From Octopus sinensis (lineage: Eukaryota): DNA of 64,000 nt. A model generated the notes under the pieces. The model made no database searches. It was not told the origin of the DNA and saw nothing but the letters and a program-made list of their open reading frames with translations. A program made the translations under genes and the position numbers. Below, piece after piece: positions 1 to 11,869 of the stretch. How positions within the stretch are numbered: position 1 is the stretch's first letter; every line of letters starts with the position of its first letter. The DNA lies in assembly GCF_006345805.1 (NCBI RefSeq), contig NC_043009.1, positions 25,792,001-25,856,000 of the forward strand. The letters are read 5' to 3'.

Positions 1-291
1 ACATTTGCAATATGTTTGCTCAACCACAACGAGACGAGTAATCTATCTAGTTGTCTCGATGTACTAGAACTAGCAGCGAAATAAAATCTACCTTAAATCA
101 GATTGTACCGGGGGACTTTTTGATTCAGTTGTTGGCCAAACATCAACACCTTTCAAATAGTATGGTTCAATTTGGCAGTGTTAGCAGTATAACCTGCTGG
201 GGGTAGAAATGTGAATAGAAATGGGGAGGGGGGATGAGAAGTGCAATAACAAGGAAAAAGATATGAAATATATACAACGAAACAAAAGCAA

Positions 292-745
292 TCATCATCA
301 TCGTTTAACGTCCGTTTTCCATGCTGGCATGGGTTGGATGGTTCGACTGGGGTCTAGGAAGCCAGGAGGCTGCACCAGGCCCCAATCTGATCTGGTAGTG
401 TTTTCTACAGCTGGATGCCCTTCCTAAGGCCAACCACTTCGAGAGTATAGTGGGTGCTTTATACGTGCCACCGGCACAGGGGCCAGAGGAGCTAGCATCA
501 ACCACGATCGATGGTGCTTTTTACATGCCACTGGCACGGAAGCCAGTCAAAGCAGCTCTGGCATCGGCCACGGAAAGATGGTGCTTTTTACGTGCTACCG
601 GCATGGGGCTGACGACTACAATTTCCATTTGAGACATGATATTGATGTTGATGTTAGTGTGCTTGACTCAGTAGGGTATCAAGGTACTTTTGAGTGGGCT
701 GGTTATGCAACACTGGTGTAAGATACAGCTTTTTTTGTACCCATG
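292..745 (-). mobile_element. SINE-like non-autonomous element with RTE-type (ATG)n tail
   Basis: Minus strand contains GGAAGGGCATCCAGCTGTAGAAA and ends ...GGAAAACGGACGTTAAACGATGATGAT. The 5' boundary is uncertain. Confidence 0.45.
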
Positions 746-2321
746 TTGATGGGTACGAGTGTTTAAATCCGATAAAAAATACGCAACCTTGCTTAGACAT
801 TTTGGCTGGTCGTTGGGCGCGTTTTTGTGCTCCAAACAACGAGAGGTAATCTGCAGCGAAATAAAATCTACCTTAATCAGATTGTACCGGGCTTTTTTGA
901 TTCAGGAAAAAATTCGGTGGACACGAAATCGGCAAGGATTTGATGTCGCTAATGTATGAAAAGGTGTAGATATGTGTGCATGTGAGAGAGATTATGTTAA
1001 TAAAAACCATTTAAGCCCCATGTACACGCGCTCACATGTAAATAACGTCGCACAACAGCGTACACCCCACCGCCGCTCTCTCCCTGTCTGCGTGTCTATC
1101 TTCAAACTGCTAGAAATTGCAGCCAAATCTCCACACCGTACGAATGAAAGACACAGTCAATGAAAAAAAAAGGAAAGAAAAAGACATTGCCATCTGTAAA
1201 GAAGCCACTACAGGGCGAAACTGCAACACAGTAATCAAAGCCAGAGCTTGTTTATGTGTTTGAAACGTTAGAAATAGCAGTGAACTGCTTCCCAATTTGG
1301 ACCCAAGTGTATAAGAAAAGAAGGACACTTTGTCCGAAGTAGTTCCTGATACACAAAAGACTATTTGAGCGGATTTTATAAGTGGTGTGATGAGCCGGGG
1401 CTAACCAAGTGCTAAGGTACGACAACTAAAGGAACCTCTACACAGTTAGTTGATCTAAAATATTAAAAAAAAGACAACCCAAAACGCCGAAAGGAAGGGT
1501 ATATTAGACAATGTCAGCCTTGATGTACGTAAAGATGAGATGACCATGAGTTCATCGAAAGTCAAATCAAGCTAGAAAGAAATTTTCTTCAAATAATATA
1601 CTAAAATGCCATTGCCAAATACGCTATCTTTAAGATCGCATGTTCGTGCTTGTGTGTGTATATATTCATGTGTGTGCCTCGATTAACGTACGAAAATAGA
1701 CGTGTGTTGCTAGATTTTTATGTGCGTGTATCTATTAGCGAATGAAAATAGCCGCCTGTGTGCTTGCTAGATGCGCTATAAGTAACAACCAAATCTCCTT
1801 TAAATCCTACCGCTTTGTCTATGCGTATATAAGCACTCGCGCACTCATACACACACACTATATAACATACCTGTAATGCAGTTTTATAAATTTAATCGCT
1901 TAACAGCTATGTTACAGTTTTGGTCAAAAAAATTCTCCACAGAATAAGAGAAAAAAATTAAATGATCTTTAGACATCGCTGATCGGATAAGTATAACTTA
2001 GACTCTTTTGTACTGGGGTGTCTGAAAACTGGTCGACAAATCACGGAGCGGCTTGCAGTCCCACCGCACAAAAGCACACCCGCAACATAAAACGGATGAA
2101 AGTCAAAACAAACAAACTTTTGTCTCTTCGGATTTATGCCCCTTAGATTGACTTCTTTAATCTTCGTCCAGGTTAAAGTGAAAACTATTTTAATGTCTGT
2201 GAATAAGATTAACCCTGGAGCACTGACGAGCTAGTAATAGCAGCTAAATGTTATACAATAGCTACACTCAGTAGAAATAACAGCCAAATCTCCCTTACTG
2301 TCACACACAAAATATATATAT

Positions 2322-2500
2322 AGTTGAAATTTACAGAAAAACAAAAGACTAAGACAAGTGTATGAACAACAAGCAGGTGTAATTAGTTTGACGCTCGGGA
2401 AAGCGAAGAAGTCTTTTACATTTCGAGCCTACGCTCTTCAACAGAAAGGAATAGTAGAAAAAAAACTTGTGGATTTAGAGATCAAGCATGGCAACTGGTT
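2322..2500 (-). mobile_element. Short (TA)n-anchored repeat, HHR family F3 (copy 1)
   Basis: Homologous to 11078-11260 and 52613-52810; 3' end abuts (TA)n; carries the HHR-like motif at 2413-2448. Confidence 0.7.
2413..2448 (-). ncRNA. Minimal type I hammerhead-like motif, variant core CUGUUGA
   Basis: Minus: cttt CTGTTGA a gagc-gtag-gctc GAAA tg TA aaag. Helix I cttt/aaag, helix II gagc/gctc. Confidence 0.55.
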
Positions 2501-2921
2501 AGAAAAAATGATTTGAAAGCAGAGGTAGAAAGAAGAAGAGATAATAAAGCATTGGTGATCCCAAAACAAAGGTGCCTGTGTGTATGTGAGAATGTGTTTG
2601 TGTGTGTGTGTGGATAGGGGCTAGTGATTTTGACGTGTGTACATGTGTGAGTATGGTGCTCCAGCATGACCACAGTCAAATGACTGAAACAAGTAAAAGA
2701 ATAAAGGAAAGAATATATATAGCCAAATACTTTTCTGCGACAGCCGTGCGTGGCTGCTTCACCAGGTGGAGTGCAATGAAATCCTTTTGGATTCTTGTCA
2801 TCTAATCCCATCATTCCTTCACTGAGACACTAATGTTTTGGGCATAAATTCATTGTACTATTTACTAGTCATCAGGACGAGGAGAGCCTAAAAGTGTAAT
2901 ACTGTTTGGCAGTTATAAGTT

Positions 2922-3130
2922 ACTTTACTACCCACAAGGGGCTACACACAGAGAGGACAGACAAACGGATTAAGGTAATTATATCGACCCCAGTGCGTAA
3001 CTGGTACTTATTTAATCGACCCCGAAAGGATGAAAGGCAAAGTCGACCTCGGCGGAATTTGAACTCAGAACGTAACGGCAGACGAAATACGGCTACACAT
3101 TTCGCCCGGCGTGCTAACGTTTCTGCCAGC
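2922..3130 (-). mobile_element. SINE family B monomer ending in Tx1-like tail, 9-bp TSD
   Basis: TTATAAGTT at 2913-2921 and 3131-3139; B-box-like GAGTTCAAATTCC; tail ...GTAGCCCCTTGTGGGTAGTAAAG. Confidence 0.8.
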
Positions 3131-3333
3131 TTATAAGTTTCATCGACCAAATTATCAGATTCCGAGGAAAACAAGCATAAATCCAATATTCATATTACAA
3201 TAACAACCAACAACAATAGCTGAGTCAAGGCGACTTTCATGGCCCTCATAGTAGTAAGGAAAAAAAAAAAGCAAAAATAATCTAATTTGAATGATTGTGG
3301 TAATCAAATGAAAAAAAATAAAATAAAAATGTA

Positions 3334-3713
3334 GGCGTAGGAGTGGCTGTGTGGTAAGTAACTTGCTTATGAACCACATGATTCCGGGTTCAGTCCCACT
3401 GGTACCTTGGGCAAGTGTCTTCTACTATAGCCTCGGGTCGACCAAAGCCTTGTGAGTGGATTTGGTAGACGGAAACTGAAAGAACCCCGTCGTATATATG
3501 TATGTGTGTGTGTGTGCTTGTGTGTCTGTGTCTCCCCAACATCGCTTGACAACCGATGCTGGTGTTTACATCCCCGTAACATAGCGGTTCGGCAAAAGAA
3601 ACCGATATGATAAGTACTAGGCTTACAAAGAATAAGTCCTGAGGTCGATTTGCTCGACTAAAGGCGGTGCTCCAGCATGGCCGCAGTCACACGACAAACA
3701 AGTAAAAGAGAGT
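3334..3713 (+). mobile_element. tRNA-derived SINE family A with internal microsatellite
   Basis: A box TGGCTGTGTGG, B-box-like GGTTCAGTCCC, internal (TA/TG)n, tail ACAAGTAAAAGAG; TSD AAATGTA at 3327-3333 and 3714-3720; more than 12 copies in the window. Confidence 0.85.
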
Positions 3714-3759
3714 AAATGTACCTCGGTTTTCGAACAACTCTGATCGCGAATAAATCGCG

Positions 3760-3797
<38 letters not shown>

Positions 3798-4060
3798 TTA
3801 GCAATTAAGGACAACTACTTAATAAGGAAAACTTAACAAGAAATTGTCAGGTAGATAGCGTAAAAACCTCATAAGAGAAAAAATTTCGAAAAAAATTTTT
3901 TCTTATTGAACATATTAATTTATATATAGAGGGCATTATACATACATGCCAGGAAGCATTGTATATACATGCAAACGCTAAGAGGGACAATCAGTTCATT
4001 CTACCAAAAAAATTACTAATCCCACCGAATGCAATTTTTCAAGTAAGACATTAAAAATAT

Positions 4061-4107
4061 AGGCCTGTATCACAGTGATTTCATACTACGTAATCATCAG
4101 CAGGCCT
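4061..4107 (-). ncRNA. Type I hammerhead ribozyme (F1)
   Basis: aggcctg CTGATGA ttacgtagtat GAAA tcactgtga TA caggcct: 7-bp helix I, intact core, quasi-palindromic helix III, AUA cleavage triplet. Confidence 0.85.
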
Positions 4108-4352
4108 GAATGTATTATAAATAAACAACGACCCTGCCTCGCTTAAGCCGATCAGCTAACTGATCAACAATTTCTTTATTACAATTATAAAAATTAATAC
4201 ATAGAAAGGACGAATACAGGACATACATACATACAAGAAAATTTAAGAGAATCGATTAAAAAAAGTTTCGTTGTATTCGTTATAAGTAATAGTTTTTTCG
4301 TAACTAGTGTTACAAACACTTGTAGCTGACCTTTGTGATTATACTCGAGCTT

Positions 4353-7300
4353 TCACACCCCGGCAATTGTTGAGGCCCTGCAGCTTCCACTTCCTCTCTC
4401 TCCTCCATGGTCAAGCTGGCCTCTCGTACCCACCTTTCTTTCCACTTCCTTCCATCTATTCGCATACACTCCCCGCGGCAGGGTCCTCCTCTCCAGTCCC
4501 ATCTTGCTTCTCAGATGATATCTGAAGTAGGTGAGCAAGCCGGGCCCGGAGACAAATGACCCTGTCGCGGTTCCTTCCATTCTCGTTCTCCACATGCATT
4601 CCTTTACCACTGCAACCGTGCAGTGAAAACATGCCTCACCTTCCTTCGAGAGTCCAGTTGGCGGTATCATCTTAATCATAGACTCAGCCGACAGCTGTAC
4701 TCGTCCCAGATGCGATAACACGTGTTCTGCGTAACTTATCAAGTCGTTCAACTTCCGACAATGAAAAAAAGCGTGCTGAACGGTTTCATCGTCCAGCCCG
4801 CATCTTTGACACGTCGGTGGCACTGGAACTCCGTGCCGTGATAACTTTTCGCGAACAGGTAAAGCATTCCTGTAGCACTGCCAAGCCAGGGATCTTTGGA
4901 AATTATCCAAATACCCCGACCTGAACGTTTTCTTAAACAGATTGGCAAGCTGGTTTTCATCAAACCCCAGAGCCCCTCCTAGGACGTCATCGTTTTTACC
5001 TTCACCAGCCCTCTATAAAATACCGAGGTGGTATTTCCGCAGCCGGCCTTGCCCGCCTTGTGGATCAGCGTGAGTGCCTGTCGGCACTCCTTTTGCCATG
5101 GAGTCAGATTGCATCTTCTGATGTAACCGGGTTTAAAATTAACTAAGGAGGCCGGTCTCGGAAAAAATCCCTCTGCCAACGGACTCCACACCTTATCACC
5201 TTCCAGGTGGTGCCAGAGATGTCTTAGTCTCAACGCATGTCTGCGCATCATTAACCAAGGCATCCCTAACCCACCTTTAACGGTTCTTGACAGCACACGG
5301 AGCGTCTCACAAGTGGCTTTCCTCCTTTCCACAAAAAGCGGAAGAGAGGCTCGTTCCAACTTGTTAAGCCATGAGTCGGGGCAAGGGACGACGGTCAGGC
5401 GGTAGGTGATTACGGATGCAATAAACATCTGCGCCACCTCCGCCCTTCCTTTCAAGGACAGAGACCTTCCGGACCAGGTCCGTATTATGGCCTCCACCTT
5501 GCCGTCACCTCGCTCCAGTTCTTCTCCGTTTGGGAGTCCGGTCCAAACCAGACTCCAGCAACTTAACAGGGCCATCCGTCCAGTGTCCCACAACACTGGA
5601 CAATATCGGCTTGTTCCTCCAGGTGCCGAGGCGCAAGCCGACCGATTTGTCCCTGTTAACCTTTGCTCCTGCCACCGCCTCGTATCCTCTGATAGCCTCC
5701 TCTACACCAGGTAGTTGGGCCTCCTTGGACACGATGAGGGTGATGTCATCCGCATAGGCAGTGACCGACCTCCCACCTCCGATTCCATCTGAGTTACTCC
5801 CCAGCCTCTCCAACCTTCGCAGTAGTGGCTCGAGAGCCAATACGTACAAAAGTGGTGACAAGGGGCACCCCTGACGTACTGAACATTCGATCGAAAACGG
5901 TTCTGTTAGGTAACCGTTTATCTGGACGGTGGACTTGATGCCGCTGTACATAGCGGAGATCCACCCGCGGAATTCGGGACCCAGTCCGGTCGCTTCGAGG
6001 ACCGCCGCCAGGTACCCATGGTCTACCCTATCGAAGGCTTTACTTTGGTCCAAGTGGACCATTACCCCACCTTTGCCGGTTACTTTACCCACCCTATCTA
6101 AGGTGTAGCGTATAAGGTGAAGGTTGTCCTGGATCGACCTGCCTGGAATTGCACATGTCTGTGCTCTCCCTACAAGTTTCTCCACGACAACCGTCAACCT
6201 TTTTGCTAACACCTTGGCCAAAATCTTTAACTCTACATTAAGTAGAGTTATGGGCCTGTAGTTACTAATCATATCCCCTTTGCTCGGGTCTTTCTGGATT
6301 AGCGTCACCACTCCCCGGCTTACAGAACTGGGAATTCTCCCGTTCTGCTGCCAGTTCGTGTAGACGCCTGCCAGTATTCCCCCGAACAAATCCGGCATAT
6401 TTTGGTAAAACTCGTAGGGCAGACCATCCAGCCCCGGCGATTTCTCCCCGGCGCACTCGGCCAGCACTTCCCTTATTTCCGCGGGAGTGATCGCTCCCTC
6501 ACAGCACTCCGCTTCACGCCCCGCGAGCCGCGGCCCGCCGGCCAGGAAGTCCCTTAAGGCACTCCCCCGGTCCAGCGGGCCACCACCCCCGAACACGCGC
6601 GCGAAATGCTGGTGAAGAAACTTTTGCATCTCCTCCTGTCCATAGATCTTTTGTCCCTGTTCGCCAGTCAAAGATTTTATTGAGGCTCTGTTGCCTCTCT
6701 TACTCTCCACACGACGGGCCCATCCGGCTACGTTAACACTTCTCGTTTCCCGGCGCGCAGCTTAGCTCTGACTCTGCAACCTTCGTGTTTGGAGTCAAGG
6801 TGTCGGTACAATACCGTCCTTGCCGCCAGTACTCCGGATGCAGAGCCAGCTTCCATTGCCTCGTCTAGATTCTTAACTAAATCGCCCTCTAGACTAGCTC
6901 TATCTGTCCTTATTCTGATTGCTAAATCTAACGGACTCTAATCGAATGGCTCTTTTGAGGGCGTGCCACCATCTATTGTTAATGACGGTGCCGCACAATG
7001 CCCTCTGAACTAAATCCTTAATCCGGGTACGGAAGTCTTCACAATTCAAAATAGCCTTGTTCAGCTTCCAGTACCCGGGTCCCTGTCTATGACACTTGTC
7101 TAATTGCACCTCACACGTCACAAACTTGTGATCCGAGTAAGGTACAATATGAAATTGTGGACAACTAAACGTCCTATCTCTTTTTTTTATAATTATCCTA
7201 TCTAGGTACGATCTGTGTGAGCCGTCGTAGTTACTCCACGTCCACTGTGGAACGCTCGGCTCATCCAGTCGGTAACGGTCCACTAGATCAAAGCTCTCAG

Positions 7301-7789
7301 TAGACCCTTGAGGCTAGGATTCCCCTTCCTATTAGTTGAGCCAACACTGTCGATGTGCGCTTCAAGGACAGTGTTAAGTCCCCTACTAGTATTACTGTTT
7401 TCGACGTCGCCAGAAAGGGCTCCAGGCTTCGAAAGAAACCCGTCTGTCTACCCTCGTTCGGGGCGTAGACAGCTACCAACCTGAAGGACTGTTTACTTGC
7501 GTGAGTCACATCCAGGACAACCAGCCTGCCTTCTGGGTCCAGAAAGACAGTACTTACCTGCAGGTCCAAGCTCTTCCTGATGAAGACTGCCACGCCTCTT
7601 CCTCCTCCTCGGCTAGGAGAAATAATTTCTCGAAACCATTTAGAAGAGGTGAGAACGCTTGGGTCTCGCTCATCTTGGACTCGGTTACGATAGCAACATC
7701 TATACCTTGTGTCGTGAGGTCGTTCAGGAAACAAATTTGTTTCCGTTTCGACCCATTCCACGTATGTTTAGGCAGCCCAGCTTGGCCAT
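4353..7789 (-). CDS. LINE ORF2 (AP endonuclease, reverse transcriptase, C-terminal zinc-binding), frameshifted
   Basis: MAKLGCLNIRG, VAVYAPN, ILVGD, YLDRI, SDHK, GYWKLN, YRPITLLN, LDQSKAFDRV, VRQGCPLSP, YADD, CQRC..ETVQHAFFHC, spread over several ORF pieces. Confidence 0.92.
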
Positions 7790-9235
7790 GTGAGAGCGAG
7801 AGGGAGAGAAATAACTATACTCACGTTTGTGAAAGGGAGCACGGCGGTCTAATTTTGCCTGCTTCCCTTCTTCCGCTACTGCAGGGCTTTTGACCGGCGT
7901 TGCCACTGGGCTCTGGGTTGGTGTGGTTGCGGGGTTATTGTTAGTTTTCCTTCTAACACCTCTTTGGTGACATCTCTTATTAGGCGGTTCTTCAGGTGTT
8001 CCTGAAGAACCTCCTCCTTCCATTCGTTCTCGCCTACCTTGGCGAAGCGCGCAATTGCTTTTCCATCTGAGGTTTGCTATACAGCATAACCTCGACAGTT
8101 TGCAGCATTTGTAAACTTTTTCGTTTTTTTCATCAAACGCAATTATTTTTTCGTTTTCAATAAGCATTTTTTTGGATCTGTTTTACGGGGAGGGGTTTGG
8201 CAAACTGTTTTCCAATGAAAACAGTGCCATGGGGGTAGGGTTGGGGGATTTGCTTAATGTGTGTGTCTGTAGTGCTAGTTGTTTTTTTCCTTGTTTGGGG
8301 AGGGGAGTCCAGGGTATTTCTTTTTTTCTTTTGTGCGTAACTTGGGTATTCCATCGGTTCTATTGGTCTATTTTTGCTTCCGTATTTGTCTTGGTCGTTT
8401 TGTTGTTCTTCTTAGCTTCCTCTCCCTCCGCATTAGGTACACTTGGAGGGGCCGCATCTTCTGTTCTTTTTTTTCTGATGCAATTGGAACGGACGTGACC
8501 CTTTTCTCCACACTTGAAGCATCTGGGTCTTCGTCCTTCCACCGACACTCTCATGGACGTGCCATCCTCGTTAAAAATCCTGTCAGGCAGGCTCTCCAAG
8601 ATCTTGTTCTCTGCCTGTACGAGGAGCTCCAGAGTCTGACCCCTCCAACGTACCGCTTCCTTCCTTCTCATTTGCAGTATGTTCATTTCGCGTTCCACAT
8701 CATGTAAGACCGCCGCTGCTACCCACATGGTGTCGTATCCTCTGGGTATGTCTTCAACCGTTACCTTTGCGGTTCTCTTCCCCATATACGAGGGTAGCAG
8801 CATGATGTCGTCGTTTTTAAGGGTCAACGACGACACCTCCTTCGCCACCTCTGCCGTGTCAAAGTGTGCTTCGATCGTGGCACTTCGTGCACCTCTCACT
8901 ATATGGCGAATTTTATCCCACACCGGGGCCAAGCATTTCTCAACGGTTTCGTTTTTTACTTCCATGATCTTTTTTTCTTTAAAGTTGTACACTTTATAGA
9001 TTACGATCTTTTCCCTAATTTCTTGCACCTTCGCTTGCGGCGGCACAAGCCTTATTTCTCCTCCTTCTAGTTTTACCAAATTCCTATATTCGTACAGTTG
9101 TTCAATCTTGAATTCTATCTCCAACATGGCGCCGCCCACCGCGGCCGAGAATGATTGCCTGGGTACTGGGTTTTCCTCTTTTCCACCTTTTCCCATCACG
9201 GGAAAGTCTTCCTTCGACGTTAGGTCGAACTCCAT
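7790..9235 (-). CDS. LINE ORF1 (Gag-like, CCHC zinc knuckle), frameshifted
   Basis: 8360-9235 contains VEGRRPRCFKCGEKGHVRSNC and is homologous to the ORF1s at 56475, 58396 and 60398; the C-terminal part lies in other frames. Confidence 0.85.
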
Positions 9236-9779
9236 CTCTGAAGGTTACCTTTAAGGTAACAAGAATATGGTTAGAACAAAATTTTCTGCCCCGTAGGGCG
9301 AAAATTATCGTTTTACGACGGGTACTGTTCAGAACAGTTTACACAAACAATGATATTATAACTTCGAATTCTCTTAAATAGCAGCAGCAAATTTCTCACA
9401 ACGCAAAACGCAACAAACTGCTCCGCAAATGACAGCTAACTGATCAACATCAACGAAGCACATGGGTGAGTTTATATATATTACATCCGGGTAAATGGTA
9501 AACTTTTACGAATTGCATTTCGGGAGAGGAAAAGTTTTTTCGGAATAAAAATTTAGCAATTAAGGACAACTACTTAATAAGGAAAACTTAACAAGAAATT
9601 GTTAAGAAATTGCTAAATTTTTATTCCGAAAAAACTTTTCCTCTCCCGAAATGCAATTCGTAAAAGTTTACCATTTACCGGATGTAATATATATAAACTC
9701 ACCCATGTGCTTCGTGATGTTGATCAGTTAGCTGATCGGCTTAAGCGAGGCAGGGTCGTTGTTTATTTATAATACATTC

Positions 9780-9826
9780 AGGCCTGCTGATGATTAGTAA
9801 GTATGAAATCACTGTGATACAGGCCT
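9780..9826 (+). ncRNA. Type I hammerhead ribozyme (F1, inverted arm)
   Basis: aggcctg CTGATGA ttagtaagtat GAAA tcactgtga TA caggcct. Confidence 0.8.
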
Positions 9827-10114
9827 ATATTTTAAATGTCTTACTTTGAAAAATTGCATTCGGTGGGATTAGTATATTTTTGGTAGTAGAAATGACTGAT
9901 TGTCCCTCTTAGCGTTTGGCATGTATATACAATGCTTCCTGGCATGTATGTATAATTCCCTCTATAATAAATATATATATATATATATTATATATATATA
10001 TATATATATACCGGAGTAAACACGTAAATGCGAAACAAGGTGGAAAAAAGAGTACTCAAATACCAGTGGTAGAGTAATATGCTTTATTTAAAGCAGCAGA
10101 AAATTCAACAAAAT

Positions 10115-10152
10115 CTGTTACTCTGAGTTTCCCGTTGCCGTTCATCGGACAG
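10115..10152 (-). ncRNA. Type I hammerhead-like motif (F2, core CCGAUGA) in a ~155-bp insert (10011-10164) between (TA)n runs
   Basis: ctgt CCGATGA acg-gcaa-cgg GAAA ctcagag TA acag: helix I ctgt/acag, GNRA loop on helix II, helix III ctc/gag. Confidence 0.65.
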
Positions 10153-11077
10153 TTTTTGCTAAAGTATATATATATAATATATATATATATGTATATTGAC
10201 GTATATAAAGCGCGATTTATTCGTGATCAGAGGCGTTCGAAAACCGAGGTTCTACTGTAAACGACTTCCACAAAGTAGTGAATGAAGTATGTTTTTAGGT
10301 TGAAAGAAAAAAAAAAGGAAAATAAAAAGATACAAAGGATAGTTAAGACACTGTGTTATCTTTTTACGAGTCTGGTTAGCTTCTTTGAATTATCTCTTAT
10401 CTCCATCATTCGTTATGCTTTCCGGCCACTTGGTTTTTAGTGACCTCTATGAACTTTACTGGTCATCACTTTCTAAGTTACAGGCCAGCTTCCTTGCACA
10501 TATCTTATACGTTATCTTTCAATTTACTATTTTTTCCTTTACTTTTTTTTAATACAATTATCTCTTCTTGTACCCTTACAAACTCCTAATTCAATACAGA
10601 TATTAATATATTCATTAACTGTCTCTCTCTCCTTCGCCTGCGTGTCTCTCCTTCACCCGTCTCTCCTTCGTCTGCGTCTCTCTCTCCTTCGCCTGCGTGT
10701 CTCTCCTTCACCCGTCTCTCCTTCGTCTGCGTCTCTCTCTCCTTCGGCTGCATCTCTCTATCAGTGTTTCTCCATCATCTGTCTCTCCTTCATCTGTCTG
10801 TGTGTCTGTATCTCTCCATCTGTCTGTCTCTCTCTAGTGGTTAGGCTGTTGTACTCACGATTGCAAGATCGGGGGTTCGACTCCCAGACCAGGTGGCGTT
10901 GTGTTCTTGAGCAAAACAATACATTTCACGTTGCTCCAGTACCCATTTCAATCAGCCACGCGTAGGCATCATTCGAAAGCTAAAACAATGCAAAGCGCAT
11001 TGTGACCAGCGATGTTTAACATCTGGGAGTCTGGTCGATCACGTGATTTTATATATATATATACATATATATATATA

Positions 11078-11560
11078 AGTTGAAATTTACAGAAAAACAA
11101 AAAACGAAGACAGGTGTATAGACAACAAGTAGGTGTATTAGTTTAACGCACGGGAAGTTGAGAAAGTCTTTTACGTTTCGAGCCTACGCTCTTCAGCAGA
11201 AAGGAGCACGAGAAAATAACTAGAGAAAAAATGACAAAAAAAAACTTGTGGATTTAGCGATAACGTACGGAGTAAGAAAAAACAAAGTTAAAAAAAGTTC
11301 AAAAAGATTCAAACGTCGTGGTGCATTGGAGCAATTTTTCATCATCGGAAGAGTCCATTGAGTATATCCAGTGGCAATCCGGGTGGAGTGCTGGTATGTA
11401 GATGAGGAAAGGCACAGAAAATTCAGGTAGAAGTAAGTTCGAAATGTAGGAGGTTAAAGCAGGATAAATCTGGTGCGACCACGTGTGCGTACAATATATA
11501 GCTGAAATTTACAGGTAAACAAAAGACGAAGACAGGTGTATAAACAACAAGCAGCTGTAT
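11078..11560 (-). mobile_element. HHR family F3 element with partial tandem repeat (~420-bp period)
   Basis: Terminus AGTTGAAATTTACAG... at 11078 recurs near 11499; HHR-like motif at 11168-11203 (cttt CTGCTGA a gagc-gtag-gctc GAAA cg TA aaag). Confidence 0.7.
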
Positions 11561-11596
11561 TACACATATATATGCCATTTCAAGCAGACGAGGTCT

Positions 11597-11646
11597 CCAG
11601 TACTGGAGAGAGGCAGAAATATCCCGAAACCTGGCTGGTCTACTGG
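11597..11646 (+). ncRNA. Type I hammerhead-like motif (F4, core CUGGAGA) in element ~11570-11840 ending at (TA)n
   Basis: ccagta CTGGAGA gaggcagaaatatccc GAAA cctggctgg TC tactgg: perfect 6-bp helix I and GUC triplet, but weak helix II. Confidence 0.6.
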
Positions 11647-11869
11647 TCCCGTCGCTAGAAGGTAGTAGGGATTCCCTACCCTGCTCGCAATATATCGGAT
11701 GCAGGTGTGCATCGTTAACCAGCTACAGATGTCTCCCGGGGTTAAAAAATCGCAGTAAAGTCCATTCGAACGGATCAGCCATGTTGAAGTGGCTACAAAC
11801 ATTACTTGCTAGAAATTTCAGAGCTAGCTTTTTTGCTCGTTATATATATATATAACTTCCTATAAATAC

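Larger units (their letters stand above)
4170..9432 (-). mobile_element. Full-length Tx1-like (L1 clade) non-LTR retrotransposon, 17-bp TSD
   Basis: TSD CAGCTAACTGATCAACA at 4153-4169 and 9433-9449; ORF1 with CCHC knuckle and ORF2 APE-RT; 3' end AATAAAGAAAT with no poly(A). Confidence 0.93.
3791..9966. mobile_element. HHR family F1: ~475-bp unit, short direct repeat, then inverted copy (pLTR/retrozyme-like), interrupted by a LINE
   Basis: Unit 3791-4169 plus 9450-9545; unit start repeated at 9546-9602; inverted copy ~9608-9966; (TA)n on both sides. Confidence 0.8.
3720..10257. mobile_element. Tc1/pogo-type MITE whose ~48-bp TIRs enclose a nested insertion stack
   Basis: 3720-3768 (ACCTCGGTTTTCGAAC...ATAAATCGCGCTTTATAT) is the reverse complement of 10203-10250; the right end reads TA-CAGTAGAACCTCGG on the minus strand. 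Confidence 0.7.

Noticed and set aside
73-890. ~38-bp direct repeat at ~73-110 and ~853-890
   Set aside because: Variant of a short dispersed motif (TAGAAATA.CAGCCAAATCTC-like) seen many times; no specific structure supported.
2223-2250. CTGACGA followed by the hairpin gcta-gtaa-tagc
   Set aside because: No GAAA or cleavage triplet follows, so it is not a hammerhead.
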